A DNA stretch of 64,000 nucleotides, taken from NCBI RefSeq assembly GCF_016903815.1, contig NZ_CP069973.1, one strand, 5' to 3'. Below the pieces are notes generated by a model. The model made no database searches. It was given only the letters and a program-made list of their open reading frames with translations, and was not told the origin of the DNA. This document shows, piece by piece, positions 1-10,568 of this stretch. The position numbers were made by a program, and so were the translations under genes. This DNA is from Escherichia coli (GTDB lineage: Bacteria > Pseudomonadota > Gammaproteobacteria > Enterobacterales > Enterobacteriaceae). Position 1 is the stretch's first letter; every line of letters begins with the position of its first letter.

Positions 1-473
1 GCCTGAATGTATCGGTACAGAAACTAGAAAATGCCATCGAGTTTTATGGCGCTATTTCGCATAACAAACTGCACGGCCTGTCAGTGCAGGTTGAAACCAA
101 TCACGTCAAATTACCGGCGGTGGTGGACGGCTTTGCCAGCGAAGGGATCATCCAGTTCTTCTTCGAAGAAACGCAAGACGAAAATGGCTTTAATATCTAC
201 ATTCTCGACGAAAGCAACCGGGTTGAGGTGTATCACCACTGCGAAGGCAGCAAAGAGGAGCTGGTGCGTGACGTCAGTCGCTTCTACTCGTCATCGCACG
301 ACCGTTTTACCTACGGCTCAAGCTTCATCAACTTCAACCTGCCGCAGTTCTATCAGATTGTGAAGGTTGATGGTCGTGAACAGGTGATTCCGTTCCGCAC
401 CAAATCGATTGGCAACATGCCGCCTGCCAATCAGGATCACGACACGCCGCTATTACAGCAGTATTTTTCGTGA
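1..473 (+). CDS. cyaA: adenylate cyclase, C-terminal fragment (5' end outside window; reading frame starts at nt 3)
   Basis: Open frame from window start to TGA at 471-473; tail ...[10 protein letters not shown] matches remembered CyaA C-terminus; convergent cyaY follows as in E. coli. Confidence 0.8.
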   Translation, partial: LNVSVQKLENAIEFYGAISHNKLHGLSVQVETNHVKLPAVVDGFASEGIIQFFFEETQDENGFNIYILDESNRVEVYHHCEGSKEELVRDVSRFYSSSHDRFTYGSSFINFNLPQFYQIVKVDGREQVIPFRTKSIGNMPPANQDHDTPLLQQYFS

Positions 474-512
474 TGAGCGTGCCGGAAAGCGAGGCTTATC
501 CGGCATGCAATC

Positions 513-833
513 TTAGCGGAAACTGACTGTTTCACCCGCTTGCTGCGTTGCCGCCTGTTCCAGCAAATCCCAGAAGGTTTCGCCGCTACGATCGCAAATC
601 CACTCATCGCCTTTCAGATCAAAATGGTAGCCGCCCTGTTTGGTTGCCAGCCATACCTGGTGCAGCGGTTCCTGGCGGTTGATAATGATTTTGCTGCCGT
701 TCTCAAAGGTAATGGTTAGTACACCGCCGTTGATTTCACAGTCGATATCGCTGTCGCCATCCCAGTCGTCCAGACGCTCTTCAATGGTCAGCCACAGTTG
801 ATCAGCCAGGCGATGAAATTCACTGTCGTTCAT
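513..833 (-). CDS. cyaY: frataxin-like iron-binding protein CyaY
   Basis: 106-aa [17 protein letters not shown]... matches remembered CyaY; conserved position. Confidence 0.9.
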
Positions 834-1298
834 TGTTGTATCCTGTTTTTAAGTGATGGCGGCAGTATAGCGGCATGGGGTCAGGGCTTCAAAGTTTGCT
901 CGTCTGCTGCGTTCTGGCATGATTCATCCGTCAACGGAATAATAATGTCTCTATATAGCGAAAGATTGGTCTTTTCATAAGGGCGCAAATACACCACGCC
1001 TTTTCCCTGTTTCTGGTAAATATTATGTTCCGCTCATCAAGCCGACATCCCCATGCCGACGATAAAAACAACGAACAAGCCAACAAACAAACCACATTGC
1101 GATAGTGCATAAAGCCATCCTGGCGCGAGGTGCCGATCACGAAACTACCAGCAAAACATAAATCGCCACGAGTAAGCGTTATACTCGCAGCATTTCCTCA
1201 CTTTTCAGACTTCATAAAGAGTCGCTAAACGCTTGCTTTTACGCCTTCTCCTGCGATGATAGAAAGCAGAAAGCGATGAACTTTACAGGCAATCCATA

Positions 1299-1502
1299 AT
1301 GAAAAACGTGTTTAAGGCACTCACTGTATTACTTACTCTCTTCAGCCTGACGGGCTGCGGTCTGAAAGGTCCGCTCTATTTCCCGCCTGCAGATAAAAAC
1401 GCACCGCCGCCGACCAAACCGGTAGAGACGCAAACGCAATCCACGGTGCCGGATAAAAACGACCGCGCCACTGGCGATGGTCCATCCCAGGTGAATTACT
1501 AA
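1299..1502 (+). CDS. yifL: small lipoprotein YifL (LptM)
   Basis: 67-aa ORF with signal peptide and lipobox LTGC; sits immediately upstream of dapF. Confidence 0.85.
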   Translation: MKNVFKALTVLLTLFSLTGCGLKGPLYFPPADKNAPPPTKPVETQTQSTVPDKNDRATGDGPSQVNY

Positions 1503-1538
1503 AAGTCAGTTTCTGTACCCGCGTGATTGGAGTAAATG

Positions 1539-2363
1539 ATGCAGTTCTCGAAAATGCATGGCCTTGGCAACGATTTTATGGTCGTCGACGCGGTAACGCA
1601 GAATGTCTTTTTTTCACCGGAGCTGATTCGTCGCCTGGCGGATCGGCACCTGGGGGTAGGGTTTGACCAGCTGCTGGTGGTTGAGCCGCCGTATGATCCT
1701 GAACTGGATTTTCACTATCGCATTTTCAATGCTGATGGCAGTGAAGTGGCGCAGTGCGGCAACGGCGCGCGCTGCTTTGCCCGTTTTGTGCGTCTGAAAG
1801 GGCTGACCAATAAGCGCGATATCCGCGTCAGCACCGCCAACGGGCGGATGGTTCTGACCGTCACCGATGATGATCTGGTTCGCGTAAATATGGGCGAGCC
1901 CAACTTCGAACCTTCCGCTGTGCCGTTTCGCGCTAACAAAGCGGAAAAGACCTATATTATGCGCGCCGCCGAGCAGACAATCTTATGTGGCGTGGTGTCG
2001 ATGGGAAATCCGCACTGCGTGATTCAGGTCGATGATGTCGATACTGCGGCGGTAGAAACGCTTGGTCCTGTTCTGGAAAGCCATGAGCGTTTTCCGGAGC
2101 GCGCCAATATCGGTTTTATGCAAGTGGTTAAGCGCGAGCATATTCGTTTACGCGTTTATGAGCGTGGGGCAGGAGAAACCCAGGCCTGCGGCAGCGGCGC
2201 ATGTGCGGCGGTGGCGGTAGGGATCCAGCAAGGTTTGCTGGCCGAAGAAGTACGCGTGGAACTCCCCGGCGGTCGTCTTGATATCGCCTGGAAAGGTCCG
2301 GGTCACCCGTTATATATGACTGGCCCGGCGGTACATGTCTACGACGGATTTATTCATCTATGA
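1539..2363 (+). CDS. dapF: diaminopimelate epimerase
   Basis: 274-aa product [17 protein letters not shown]... with the two catalytic Cys motifs (GNGARC, GSGACA); tandem ATG, second used. Confidence 0.95.
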
Positions 2364-3067
2364 AGCAACCAGGGGAAGAACTGCAGGAAACACTCACGGA
2401 GCTTGATGACCGGGCGGTTGTCGATTATCTGATTAAAAATCCTGAGTTTTTTATCCGCAATGCGCGCGCAGTTGAAGCGATACGTGTGCCGCATCCGGTA
2501 CGCGGCACCGTTTCGTTGGTCGAATGGCACATGGCCCGTGCACGTAATCATATTCATGTTCTGGAAGAGAACATGGCGTTGTTGATGGAACAGGCTATCG
2601 CCAACGAAGGGCTGTTTTATCGCTTACTCTACTTGCAGCGCAGTCTCACCGCCGCCAGCAGTCTCGATGATATGCTGATGCGCTTTCACCGCTGGGCGCG
2701 CGATCTCGGCCTGGCGGGTGCGAGTCTGCGCCTGTTCCCGGATCGCTGGCGTTTAGGTGCACCGTCGAACTACACTCATCTGGCATTAAGCCGTCAGTCT
2801 TTCGAACCGCTGCGTATTCAGCGTCTGGGGCAGGAACAGCACTATCTTGGGCCGCTTAACGGGCCGGAGTTGCTGGTGGTGCTACCTGAAGCGAAAGCGG
2901 TGGGATCGGTGGCGATGTCGATGCTGGGAAGCGATGCTGATTTGGGTGTTGTGCTGTTTACCAGTCGCGATGCCAGTCACTATCAACAAGGGCAGGGAAC
3001 GCAGTTACTTCATGAAATTGCGCTGATGTTGCCGGAGCTTCTGGAGCGTTGGATTGAACGCGTATGA
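2360..3067 (+). CDS. yigA: DUF484-family protein YigA
   Basis: 235-aa ORF overlapping dapF stop and xerC start; operon dapF-yigA-xerC-yigB. Confidence 0.85.
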
Positions 3068-3960
3068 CCGATTTACACACCGATGTAGAACGCTACCTAC
3101 GTTATCTGAGCGTGGAGCGCCAGCTAAGCCCGATAACCCTGCTTAACTACCAGCGTCAGCTTGAGGCGATCATCAATTTTGCCAGCGAAAACGGCCTGCA
3201 AAGCTGGCAGCAATGTGATGTGACGATGGTGCGCAATTTCGCTGTACGCAGTCGCCGTAAAGGGCTGGGAGCTGCAAGTCTGGCGTTACGGCTTTCTGCG
3301 CTACGTAGCTTTTTTGACTGGCTGGTCAGCCAGAACGAACTCAAAGCTAACCCGGCGAAAGGTGTTTCGGCACCGAAAGCGCCGCGTCATCTGCCGAAAA
3401 ACATCGACGTCGACGATATGAATCGGCTGCTGGATATTGATATCAACGATCCCCTCGCCGTGCGCGATCGGGCAATGCTGGAAGTGATGTACGGCGCGGG
3501 TCTGCGTCTTTCCGAACTGGTGGGGCTCGATATCAAACACCTCGACCTGGAGTCTGGTGAAGTGTGGGTGATGGGGAAAGGCAGCAAAGAGCGCCGCCTG
3601 CCGATTGGTCGCAACGCTGTGGCGTGGATTGAGCACTGGCTTGATTTGCGCGACCTGTTTGGTAGCGAAGACGACGCGCTTTTTCTGTCGAAACTGGGCA
3701 AGCGTATCTCCGCGCGTAATGTGCAGAAACGCTTTGCCGAATGGGGCATAAAACAAGGGCTGAATAATCACGTTCACCCGCATAAATTACGTCACTCGTT
3801 CGCTACGCATATGCTGGAGTCGAGCGGCGATCTTCGTGGTGTGCAGGAGCTGCTGGGTCATGCCAACCTCTCCACCACGCAAATCTATACTCATCTTGAT
3901 TTTCAACACCTTGCCTCGGTGTACGATGCGGCGCATCCACGCGCCAAACGGGGGAAATAA
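3064..3960 (+). CDS. xerC: site-specific tyrosine recombinase XerC
   Basis: 298 aa; C-terminal catalytic region [12 protein letters not shown]...[15 protein letters not shown] typical of tyrosine recombinases. Confidence 0.95.
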
Positions 3961-4676
3961 TGCGTTTTTACCGGCCTTTGGGGCGCATCTCGGCGCTCAC
4001 CTTTGACCTGGATGATACCCTTTACGATAACCGTCCGGTGATTTTGCGCACCGAGCGAGAGGCGCTTACCTTTGTGCAAAATTATCATCCGGCGCTGCGC
4101 AGCTTCCAGAATGAAGATCTGCAACGCCTGCGCCAGGCGGTACGGGAAGCGGAACCCGAGATTTATCACGACGTGACGCGCTGGCGTTTTCGTTCGATTG
4201 AACAAGCCATGCTCGACGCCGGGCTGAGTGCCGAAGAAGCCAGTGCAGGCGCACACGCGGCAATGATCAACTTTGCCAAATGGCGCAGCCGAATCGATGT
4301 CCCGCAGCAAACCCACGACACCTTAAAACAGCTGGCGAAGAAATGGCCGCTGGTGGCGATCACCAACGGTAACGCCCAGCCGGAACTGTTTGGTTTGGGG
4401 GATTATTTTGAGTTTGTGCTGCGCGCTGGCCCGCACGGGCGCTCAAAACCGTTCAGCGATATGTACTTTCTGGCTGCGGAAAAACTCAACGTGCCGATCG
4501 GCGAGATCTTACATGTTGGGGACGATCTCACCACTGACGTGGGTGGGGCAATTCGCAGCGGAATGCAGGCTTGTTGGATCAGACCGGAAAATGGCGATCT
4601 GATGCAAACCTGGGACAGCCGTTTACTCCCGCATCTGGAAATTTCCCGGTTGGCATCTCTGACCTCGCTGATATAA
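3960..4676 (+). CDS. yigB: HAD-family phosphatase YigB
   Basis: 238 aa; HAD motif I (FDLDDTLYD) near N-terminus; conserved position. Confidence 0.85.
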
Positions 4677-4683
4677 TCAGCAA

Positions 4684-4703
4684 ATCTGTATATATACCCA
4701 GCT
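4684..4703 (+). promoter_or_regulatory. LexA (SOS) box in the uvrD promoter
   Basis: atCTGTatatataccCAGct fits the CTGT-N8-ACAG consensus, ~60 bp upstream of the uvrD ATG. Confidence 0.75.
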
Positions 4704-4759
4704 TTTTGGCGGAGGGCGTTGCGCTTCTCCGCCCAACCTATTTTTACGCGGCGGTGCCA

Positions 4760-6922
4760 ATGGACGTTTCTTACCTGCTCGACAGCCTTAATGACAAACA
4801 GCGCGAAGCGGTGGCCGCGCCACGCAGCAACCTTCTGGTGCTGGCGGGCGCGGGCAGTGGTAAGACGCGCGTACTGGTGCACCGTATCGCCTGGCTGATG
4901 AGCGTGGAAAACTGCTCGCCATATTCGATTATGGCGGTAACGTTTACCAACAAAGCGGCGGCGGAGATGCGTCATCGTATCGGGCAGCTGATGGGCACCA
5001 GCCAGGGCGGCATGTGGGTCGGCACCTTCCACGGGCTGGCGCACCGTCTGCTGCGTGCGCACCATATGGACGCCAATCTGCCGCAGGATTTTCAGATCCT
5101 CGACAGCGAGGACCAGCTACGCCTGCTCAAACGCCTAATCAAGGCGATGAACCTCGACGAGAAGCAGTGGCCGCCGCGCCAGGCAATGTGGTACATCAAC
5201 AGCCAGAAAGATGAAGGCCTGCGTCCACATCATATTCAAAGCTACGGTAATCCGGTGGAGCAGACCTGGCAGAAGGTGTATCAGGCGTATCAGGAAGCGT
5301 GTGACCGCGCGGGCCTGGTGGACTTCGCCGAGCTGCTGCTACGTGCTCACGAGTTGTGGCTTAACAAGCCGCATATCCTTCAGCACTATCGCGAACGGTT
5401 TACCAATATCCTGGTGGACGAATTCCAGGATACCAACAACATTCAGTATGCGTGGATCCGCCTGCTGGCGGGCGATACCGGCAAAGTGATGATCGTTGGC
5501 GATGACGATCAGTCAATCTACGGCTGGCGTGGAGCGCAGGTGGAGAATATTCAGCGTTTCCTCAATGATTTCCCCGGTGCTGAAACTATCCGTCTGGAGC
5601 AGAACTACCGCTCTACCAGCAATATTCTGAGCGCCGCGAACGCCCTGATTGAAAACAACAACGGGCGTTTGGGTAAAAAACTGTGGACCGATGGCGCGGA
5701 TGGTGAGCCTATTTCCCTCTATTGCGCTTTTAACGAACTCGATGAAGCGCGTTTTGTGGTTAACCGTATCAAAACCTGGCAGGACAACGGCGGGGCGCTT
5801 GCCGAGTGCGCCATTCTCTACCGCAGCAACGCCCAGTCGCGTGTGCTGGAAGAAGCACTGTTACAGGCAAGTATGCCGTACCGTATTTACGGCGGGATGC
5901 GATTCTTCGAACGCCAGGAAATCAAAGATGCGCTCTCGTATCTGCGCCTGATTGCCAACCGTAATGACGACGCGGCCTTTGAGCGCGTGGTGAATACACC
6001 AACGCGGGGTATTGGTGACCGGACGCTGGACGTGGTACGTCAGACATCGCGCGATCGCCAGTTAACACTCTGGCAGGCATGTCGTGAACTGTTGCAGGAA
6101 AAAGCCCTCGCCGGACGTGCTGCCAGTGCCTTACAGCGGTTTATGGAACTGATCGACGCCTTAGCGCAGGAAACTGCCGATATGCCGCTGCATGTACAGA
6201 CTGACCGGGTAATTAAAGACTCCGGCCTGCGCACAATGTACGAGCAGGAGAAAGGCGAAAAAGGCCAGACGCGTATCGAAAACTTAGAGGAACTGGTGAC
6301 GGCGACGCGCCAGTTCAGCTACAACGAAGAAGACGAAGATTTAATGCCGCTGCAGGCGTTCCTCTCCCATGCGGCACTGGAAGCGGGCGAGGGGCAGGCG
6401 GATACCTGGCAGGATGCGGTGCAGTTGATGACGCTACACTCGGCGAAAGGTCTGGAGTTCCCGCAGGTGTTTATCGTCGGTATGGAAGAGGGCATGTTCC
6501 CAAGCCAGATGTCGCTGGATGAAGGTGGGCGTCTGGAAGAAGAACGCCGTCTGGCCTACGTTGGCGTAACCCGCGCGATGCAGAAACTGACGCTGACCTA
6601 CGCGGAAACCCGCCGTCTGTATGGCAAAGAAGTTTACCATCGCCCGTCGCGCTTTATCGGCGAGCTGCCGGAAGAGTGTGTGGAAGAGGTGCGCCTGCGC
6701 GCCACGGTAAGCCGCCCGGTCAGCCATCAACGGATGGGTACGCCGATGGTCGAGAACGACAGCGGCTACAAGCTCGGCCAGCGCGTACGCCACGCTAAGT
6801 TTGGTGAAGGCACCATTGTCAATATGGAAGGCAGCGGTGAGCATAGCCGTTTGCAGGTGGCGTTCCAGGGCCAGGGTATTAAATGGCTGGTGGCGGCTTA
6901 TGCCCGGTTGGAGACGGTGTGA
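4760..6922 (+). CDS. uvrD: DNA helicase II (UvrD)
   Basis: 720 aa from ATG at 4760 (MDVSYLLDSLNDKQREAV...); Walker A GAGSGKTRV; the track ORF at 4571 is an upstream in-frame extension. Confidence 0.95.
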   Translation: MDVSYLLDSLNDKQREAVAAPRSNLLVLAGAGSGKTRVLVHRIAWLMSVENCSPYSIMAVTFTNKAAAEMRHRIGQLMGTSQGGMWVGTFHGLAHRLLRAHHMDANLPQDFQILDSEDQLRLLKRLIKAMNLDEKQWPPRQAMWYINSQKDEGLRPHHIQSYGNPVEQTWQKVYQAYQEACDRAGLVDFAELLLRAHELWLNKPHILQHYRERFTNILVDEFQDTNNIQYAWIRLLAGDTGKVMIVGDDDQSIYGWRGAQVENIQRFLNDFPGAETIRLEQNYRSTSNILSAANALIENNNGRLGKKLWTDGADGEPISLYCAFNELDEARFVVNRIKTWQDNGGALAECAILYRSNAQSRVLEEALLQASMPYRIYGGMRFFERQEIKDALSYLRLIANRNDDAAFERVVNTPTRGIGDRTLDVVRQTSRDRQLTLWQACRELLQEKALAGRAASALQRFMELIDALAQETADMPLHVQTDRVIKDSGLRTMYEQEKGEKGQTRIENLEELVTATRQFSYNEEDEDLMPLQAFLSHAALEAGEGQADTWQDAVQLMTLHSAKGLEFPQVFIVGMEEGMFPSQMSLDEGGRLEEERRLAYVGVTRAMQKLTLTYAETRRLYGKEVYHRPSRFIGELPEECVEEVRLRATVSRPVSHQRMGTPMVENDSGYKLGQRVRHAKFGEGTIVNMEGSGEHSRLQVAFQGQGIKWLVAAYARLETV

Positions 6923-6966
6923 CGTTGCGGGATGCGGTGCGCCACACCGCATTCCGCATCAGCACC

Positions 6967-7869
6967 TTACTTAGCGCACTTCTTCACATCAATATTCCAG
7001 TCAGCACCAGACGCAACCTGATGTTTCTGCGCAAAATTATCCATATTCAGCGCCACGGAAACATTCAATAAGCTGTTCAGATACACCATCGGCTGGCCTT
7101 CCGGCACATCGCCGAAGCTTGCGACATACGGCATTTTCCCTGCGTATTTTTGCTGGGAACCTTCGGAAATGGTCACACACAACGTGTCGTTGAGTTTGAT
7201 TCCTGCCTGATTCAGCAACTCGTCGCTGATATTGCTCCAGACGTTGCCGTACTGAATATCGAGAATCGGGATATTGCCCTTCACTTCACCTTTTGTTGCT
7301 TTTGCTTTCTGATAAGAAAGTTCGACAACTTTTGCAGGAAGCTCTGGCCCCACCTGTTCGAACGTAATCGCTCCGGAAGCCAGACGCGCACCAGTGTAGG
7401 CATATACATCGCGACCATGGAAGGTATATGACTTTTCAGAACCTTTCAGGCGGTTAGCTTTTTCGTCGATTTCCCGGACGCTATCAATACCCAGAGTTTG
7501 TGCCACCAAAGTGAGCGTACCGTTATCTGGTGAAACGAAGTATTGACCGTTTTTGGTTTTCAGCACTACCGATTTACGGTCAGTGCCTACGCCCGGATCG
7601 ACCACGCTAACAAACACCGAACCTTGCGGCCAGTAACTGGCAGTCTGATACAGGCGATAAGCGCCTTCCCAGATGTTATACGGTGGAATTTCGTGTGTTA
7701 AATCAAAGATTTTAAGATTATGGTCAACGCCGAATGCGACCCCTTTCATCGCCGAGACGGCACCATCTTTCAGGCTAAAATCAGTTTGTAAAATCAAAGC
7801 GTTATCCGCATAGGCGGATGATGATCCCAGACACGTTAATAAAAATAACGTTGCGAGCGTTTTTTTCAT
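6967..7869 (-). CDS. secreted SAM hydroxide adenosyltransferase-like protein (DUF62 family)
   Basis: 300 aa; N-terminal signal peptide MKKTLATLFLLTCLGSSSAYA; motifs LQTDFSLKDGAVSAMKGV and FHGRDVYAYTGARLASG resemble the DUF62 fold; family call is from memory of motifs. Confidence 0.6.
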   Translation of the reverse strand: MKKTLATLFLLTCLGSSSAYADNALILQTDFSLKDGAVSAMKGVAFGVDHNLKIFDLTHEIPPYNIWEGAYRLYQTASYWPQGSVFVSVVDPGVGTDRKSVVLKTKNGQYFVSPDNGTLTLVAQTLGIDSVREIDEKANRLKGSEKSYTFHGRDVYAYTGARLASGAITFEQVGPELPAKVVELSYQKAKATKGEVKGNIPILDIQYGNVWSNISDELLNQAGIKLNDTLCVTISEGSQQKYAGKMPYVASFGDVPEGQPMVYLNSLLNVSVALNMDNFAQKHQVASGADWNIDVKKCAK

Positions 7870-7951
7870 TTTTGTTTCCCTTCATTTATCTGATGATTTT
7901 CCAGCTGTGTAGCCAGTCCCAGTTTGTCTGGCCTCCTCGAGTGTACAATGC

Positions 7952-8716
7952 TTAACCTTTCCGCTCGACGGAAATCATGGTGACAAAAGGATAGCGTTGC
8001 CACGGGATTGCCCCGCCTTTCATATACATATGTGAAATTGTGCCATCAAGATAAAGCAACTGCTCAACGTTCAGTTTCGCTTTGGCATAACAGACAAAAT
8101 CATAAAAATTTGTCGCCTGCTGGCTCAACAAAAACACGGCGTTCCCTTGTTTATTAATCCCTACACCGTTACGAATTTTACGCGAGGCAACATTCGGGTG
8201 AATACGCGGATTAATTACGCCGTTTTCCATCAACATTGGCCCTGACTGCACCGCAAACTGAATCTCTTTACTGGTTTTAAAGGCATCCAGACGAACGATG
8301 CCGACTTTATCTCCCGCGACATAAAACACGCCGCCAGGACGAATAAAGAAATTCCCTTCACCTGAAGCGAGATTTAACGCCACCTTCTGCTGACCGTTTT
8401 CGATGTACAAACCGAGCGGCGCATAGCTTTCATCATAGATGCCGCCGTTCATCGCCATCTGCACCTGACCCTGACTATTAATATCCGCCAGCAGAGCATG
8501 TAACGTTCCCCACGCTTCGCCATTGGCTTTTTGCCAGTACATTTTCACCCGCTCTGTTTGAGGATTAACGATATACGCCTGTACGGTCAGCGCCGGATCT
8601 GAGAGTGCGCAATCATCAGCGGCAACAGCAAACAAGGGAAGTAAGGTGAGGGTGAGAAAAATCCGTTTGAGATTCAAGGTGATCATTCCTTTACCAATGA
8701 GTAGCCGATGCGCCAT
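7952..8716 (-). CDS. yigE: DUF2233-family exported protein YigE
   Basis: 254 aa; N-terminal hydrophobic signal-like segment; conserved position upstream of corA. Confidence 0.8.
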   Translation of the reverse strand: MAHRLLIGKGMITLNLKRIFLTLTLLPLFAVAADDCALSDPALTVQAYIVNPQTERVKMYWQKANGEAWGTLHALLADINSQGQVQMAMNGGIYDESYAPLGLYIENGQQKVALNLASGEGNFFIRPGGVFYVAGDKVGIVRLDAFKTSKEIQFAVQSGPMLMENGVINPRIHPNVASRKIRNGVGINKQGNAVFLLSQQATNFYDFVCYAKAKLNVEQLLYLDGTISHMYMKGGAIPWQRYPFVTMISVERKG

Positions 8717-9085
8717 TATAGGTCCTGGATGTGGGATTTTTTTATCCTGTTAGCGACCTTGACGAGTACCAAAAAGCGCGAAGTTCAACTATTGTTCTGT
8801 GGTGTTCTGTTGCGTGTTGACGGCAAAATTTTGCTGGCGTAACATGCGCGCACGATCACTCTAAGAGGACATTCGCCTTGGACACACCCAGTAGATACTG
8901 GCTCACTATCCTGTCATCCAGGATCAACTCCTAAGGCTATCCCTTTTTGCTGATAGCCTTAGCGGTTGTCAGCGACCTCAATTTTTCCCGTCGCGCTGAG
9001 TCAGGCTGTTTAATGGTCTGAAACCCAATTTGTTTCTGTGTGCCCACCGAACTGTCCGATATTTTAAGCATTGGGAGTCCCGGTC

Positions 9086-10036
9086 ATGCTGAGCGCATTT
9101 CAACTGGAAAATAACCGACTGACCCGGCTGGAAGTCGAAGAGTCACAACCCCTTGTAAATGCAGTATGGATTGATCTTGTCGAACCGGACGACGACGAGC
9201 GACTGCGCGTACAATCTGAACTTGGCCAGAGCCTGGCAACCCGCCCGGAACTGGAAGACATCGAAGCATCGGCACGTTTCTTTGAAGACGATGACGGCCT
9301 GCATATTCACTCCTTCTTCTTCTTTGAAGATGCGGAAGATCACGCCGGTAACTCCACTGTGGCATTTACCATCCGTGATGGTCGTCTGTTTACTCTGCGT
9401 GAGCGTGAACTGCCCGCTTTTCGTCTATATCGTATGCGTGCCCGTAGCCAGTCGATGGTAGACGGTAATGCCTACGAGCTGCTGCTGGATCTGTTCGAAA
9501 CCAAAATCGAACAGTTGGCAGATGAAATTGAAAATATCTACAGCGACCTGGAGCAGTTGAGCCGGGTAATTATGGAAGGGCATCAGGGCGATGAGTACGA
9601 CGAGGCGCTCTCCACGCTGGCGGAACTGGAAGATATCGGCTGGAAAGTTCGCCTGTGTCTGATGGATACCCAGCGTGCGCTCAACTTCCTGGTGCGTAAG
9701 GCGCGTTTACCGGGCGGGCAACTAGAGCAGGCGCGTGAAATCCTGCGAGATATCGAATCCCTGCTGCCGCATAACGAATCTCTGTTCCAGAAGGTGAACT
9801 TCCTGATGCAGGCGGCGATGGGCTTTATCAACATCGAGCAGAACCGCATCATCAAAATCTTCTCGGTGGTATCCGTCGTGTTCCTGCCGCCAACACTGGT
9901 TGCTTCCAGCTACGGGATGAACTTTGAGTTTATGCCAGAACTGAAGTGGAGTTTCGGCTACCCAGGCGCGATTATCTTTATGATCCTCGCGGGCCTGGCA
10001 CCGTATCTGTACTTTAAGCGGAAGAACTGGTTGTAA
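9086..10036 (+). CDS. corA: Mg2+/Co2+ transporter CorA
   Basis: 316 aa [17 protein letters not shown]...; signature YGMNF and two C-terminal TM helices. Confidence 0.95.
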   Translation: MLSAFQLENNRLTRLEVEESQPLVNAVWIDLVEPDDDERLRVQSELGQSLATRPELEDIEASARFFEDDDGLHIHSFFFFEDAEDHAGNSTVAFTIRDGRLFTLRERELPAFRLYRMRARSQSMVDGNAYELLLDLFETKIEQLADEIENIYSDLEQLSRVIMEGHQGDEYDEALSTLAELEDIGWKVRLCLMDTQRALNFLVRKARLPGGQLEQAREILRDIESLLPHNESLFQKVNFLMQAAMGFINIEQNRIIKIFSVVSVVFLPPTLVASSYGMNFEFMPELKWSFGYPGAIIFMILAGLAPYLYFKRKNWL

Positions 10037-10041
10037 TATGA

Positions 10042-10068
10042 GTGCCGGATAAAGCTATTTTTTATCCG
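10042..10068. terminator. hairpin terminator downstream of corA (possibly bidirectional)
   Basis: gccggataaagctattttttatccggc inverted repeat with a T-run, directly after the corA stop. Confidence 0.5.
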
Positions 10069-10076
10069 GCTTATTT

Positions 10077-10568
10077 CTAAAAATTGTCTTTTTTAAAGTC
10101 ATGCGGATTGAAAACTCGCTCTATTTTATTTTCTTGTGTTAATTGATACTCAGTAAAATCGTTAATACCAATATGAGTGTTACGATAAGGGTATTCATTA
10201 ATAACCATTAAGTAATTTTTCACGATGCAATTATCATTGCTCTTAATTGTCGGGAAACAGTAGAGATCTTCATACGGCCCTTCGATATATTTTTTATAGT
10301 CAGTGAAGCCATTACCGATATCAATGACATACCAGGTATGCCAACTACCTTCTGGTAGGGGATGTTGATTTTTAATTTCATTCTGATGCTTCAGATACCA
10401 ATTTATTTTATCGCTGTCAGTCCATGGCAGATGATCAACGACCAGAAAGACTGAATTGCCAGCATCAGAGTATGTATACAAAATCTGTACAGGACGCAAT
10501 GTCCATAAATTATAGATGCAGCATAGAAGAAATAAACATAATATAATTTTCTGGAGTTTACTTTTCAT
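10077..10568 (-). CDS. hypothetical exported or membrane-anchored protein; candidate immunity partner of the upstream gene
   Basis: 163 aa; N-terminal hydrophobic segment (KIILCLFLLCCIYNLW); start overlaps the upstream stop (ATGA); very AT-rich; no family recognised. Confidence 0.55.
   Translation of the reverse strand: MKSKLQKIILCLFLLCCIYNLWTLRPVQILYTYSDAGNSVFLVVDHLPWTDSDKINWYLKHQNEIKNQHPLPEGSWHTWYVIDIGNGFTDYKKYIEGPYEDLYCFPTIKSNDNCIVKNYLMVINEYPYRNTHIGINDFTEYQLTQENKIERVFNPHDFKKDNF

Noticed and set aside
3301-3783. 160-aa and 120-aa minus-strand ORFs inside xerC
   Set aside because: Antisense shadow ORFs fully within a well-supported gene; no independent signal
4403-5065. 220-aa minus-strand ORF spanning the yigB-uvrD junction
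   Set aside because: Antisense to two confidently assigned genes and crosses the LexA-regulated promoter; typical GC-rich shadow ORF
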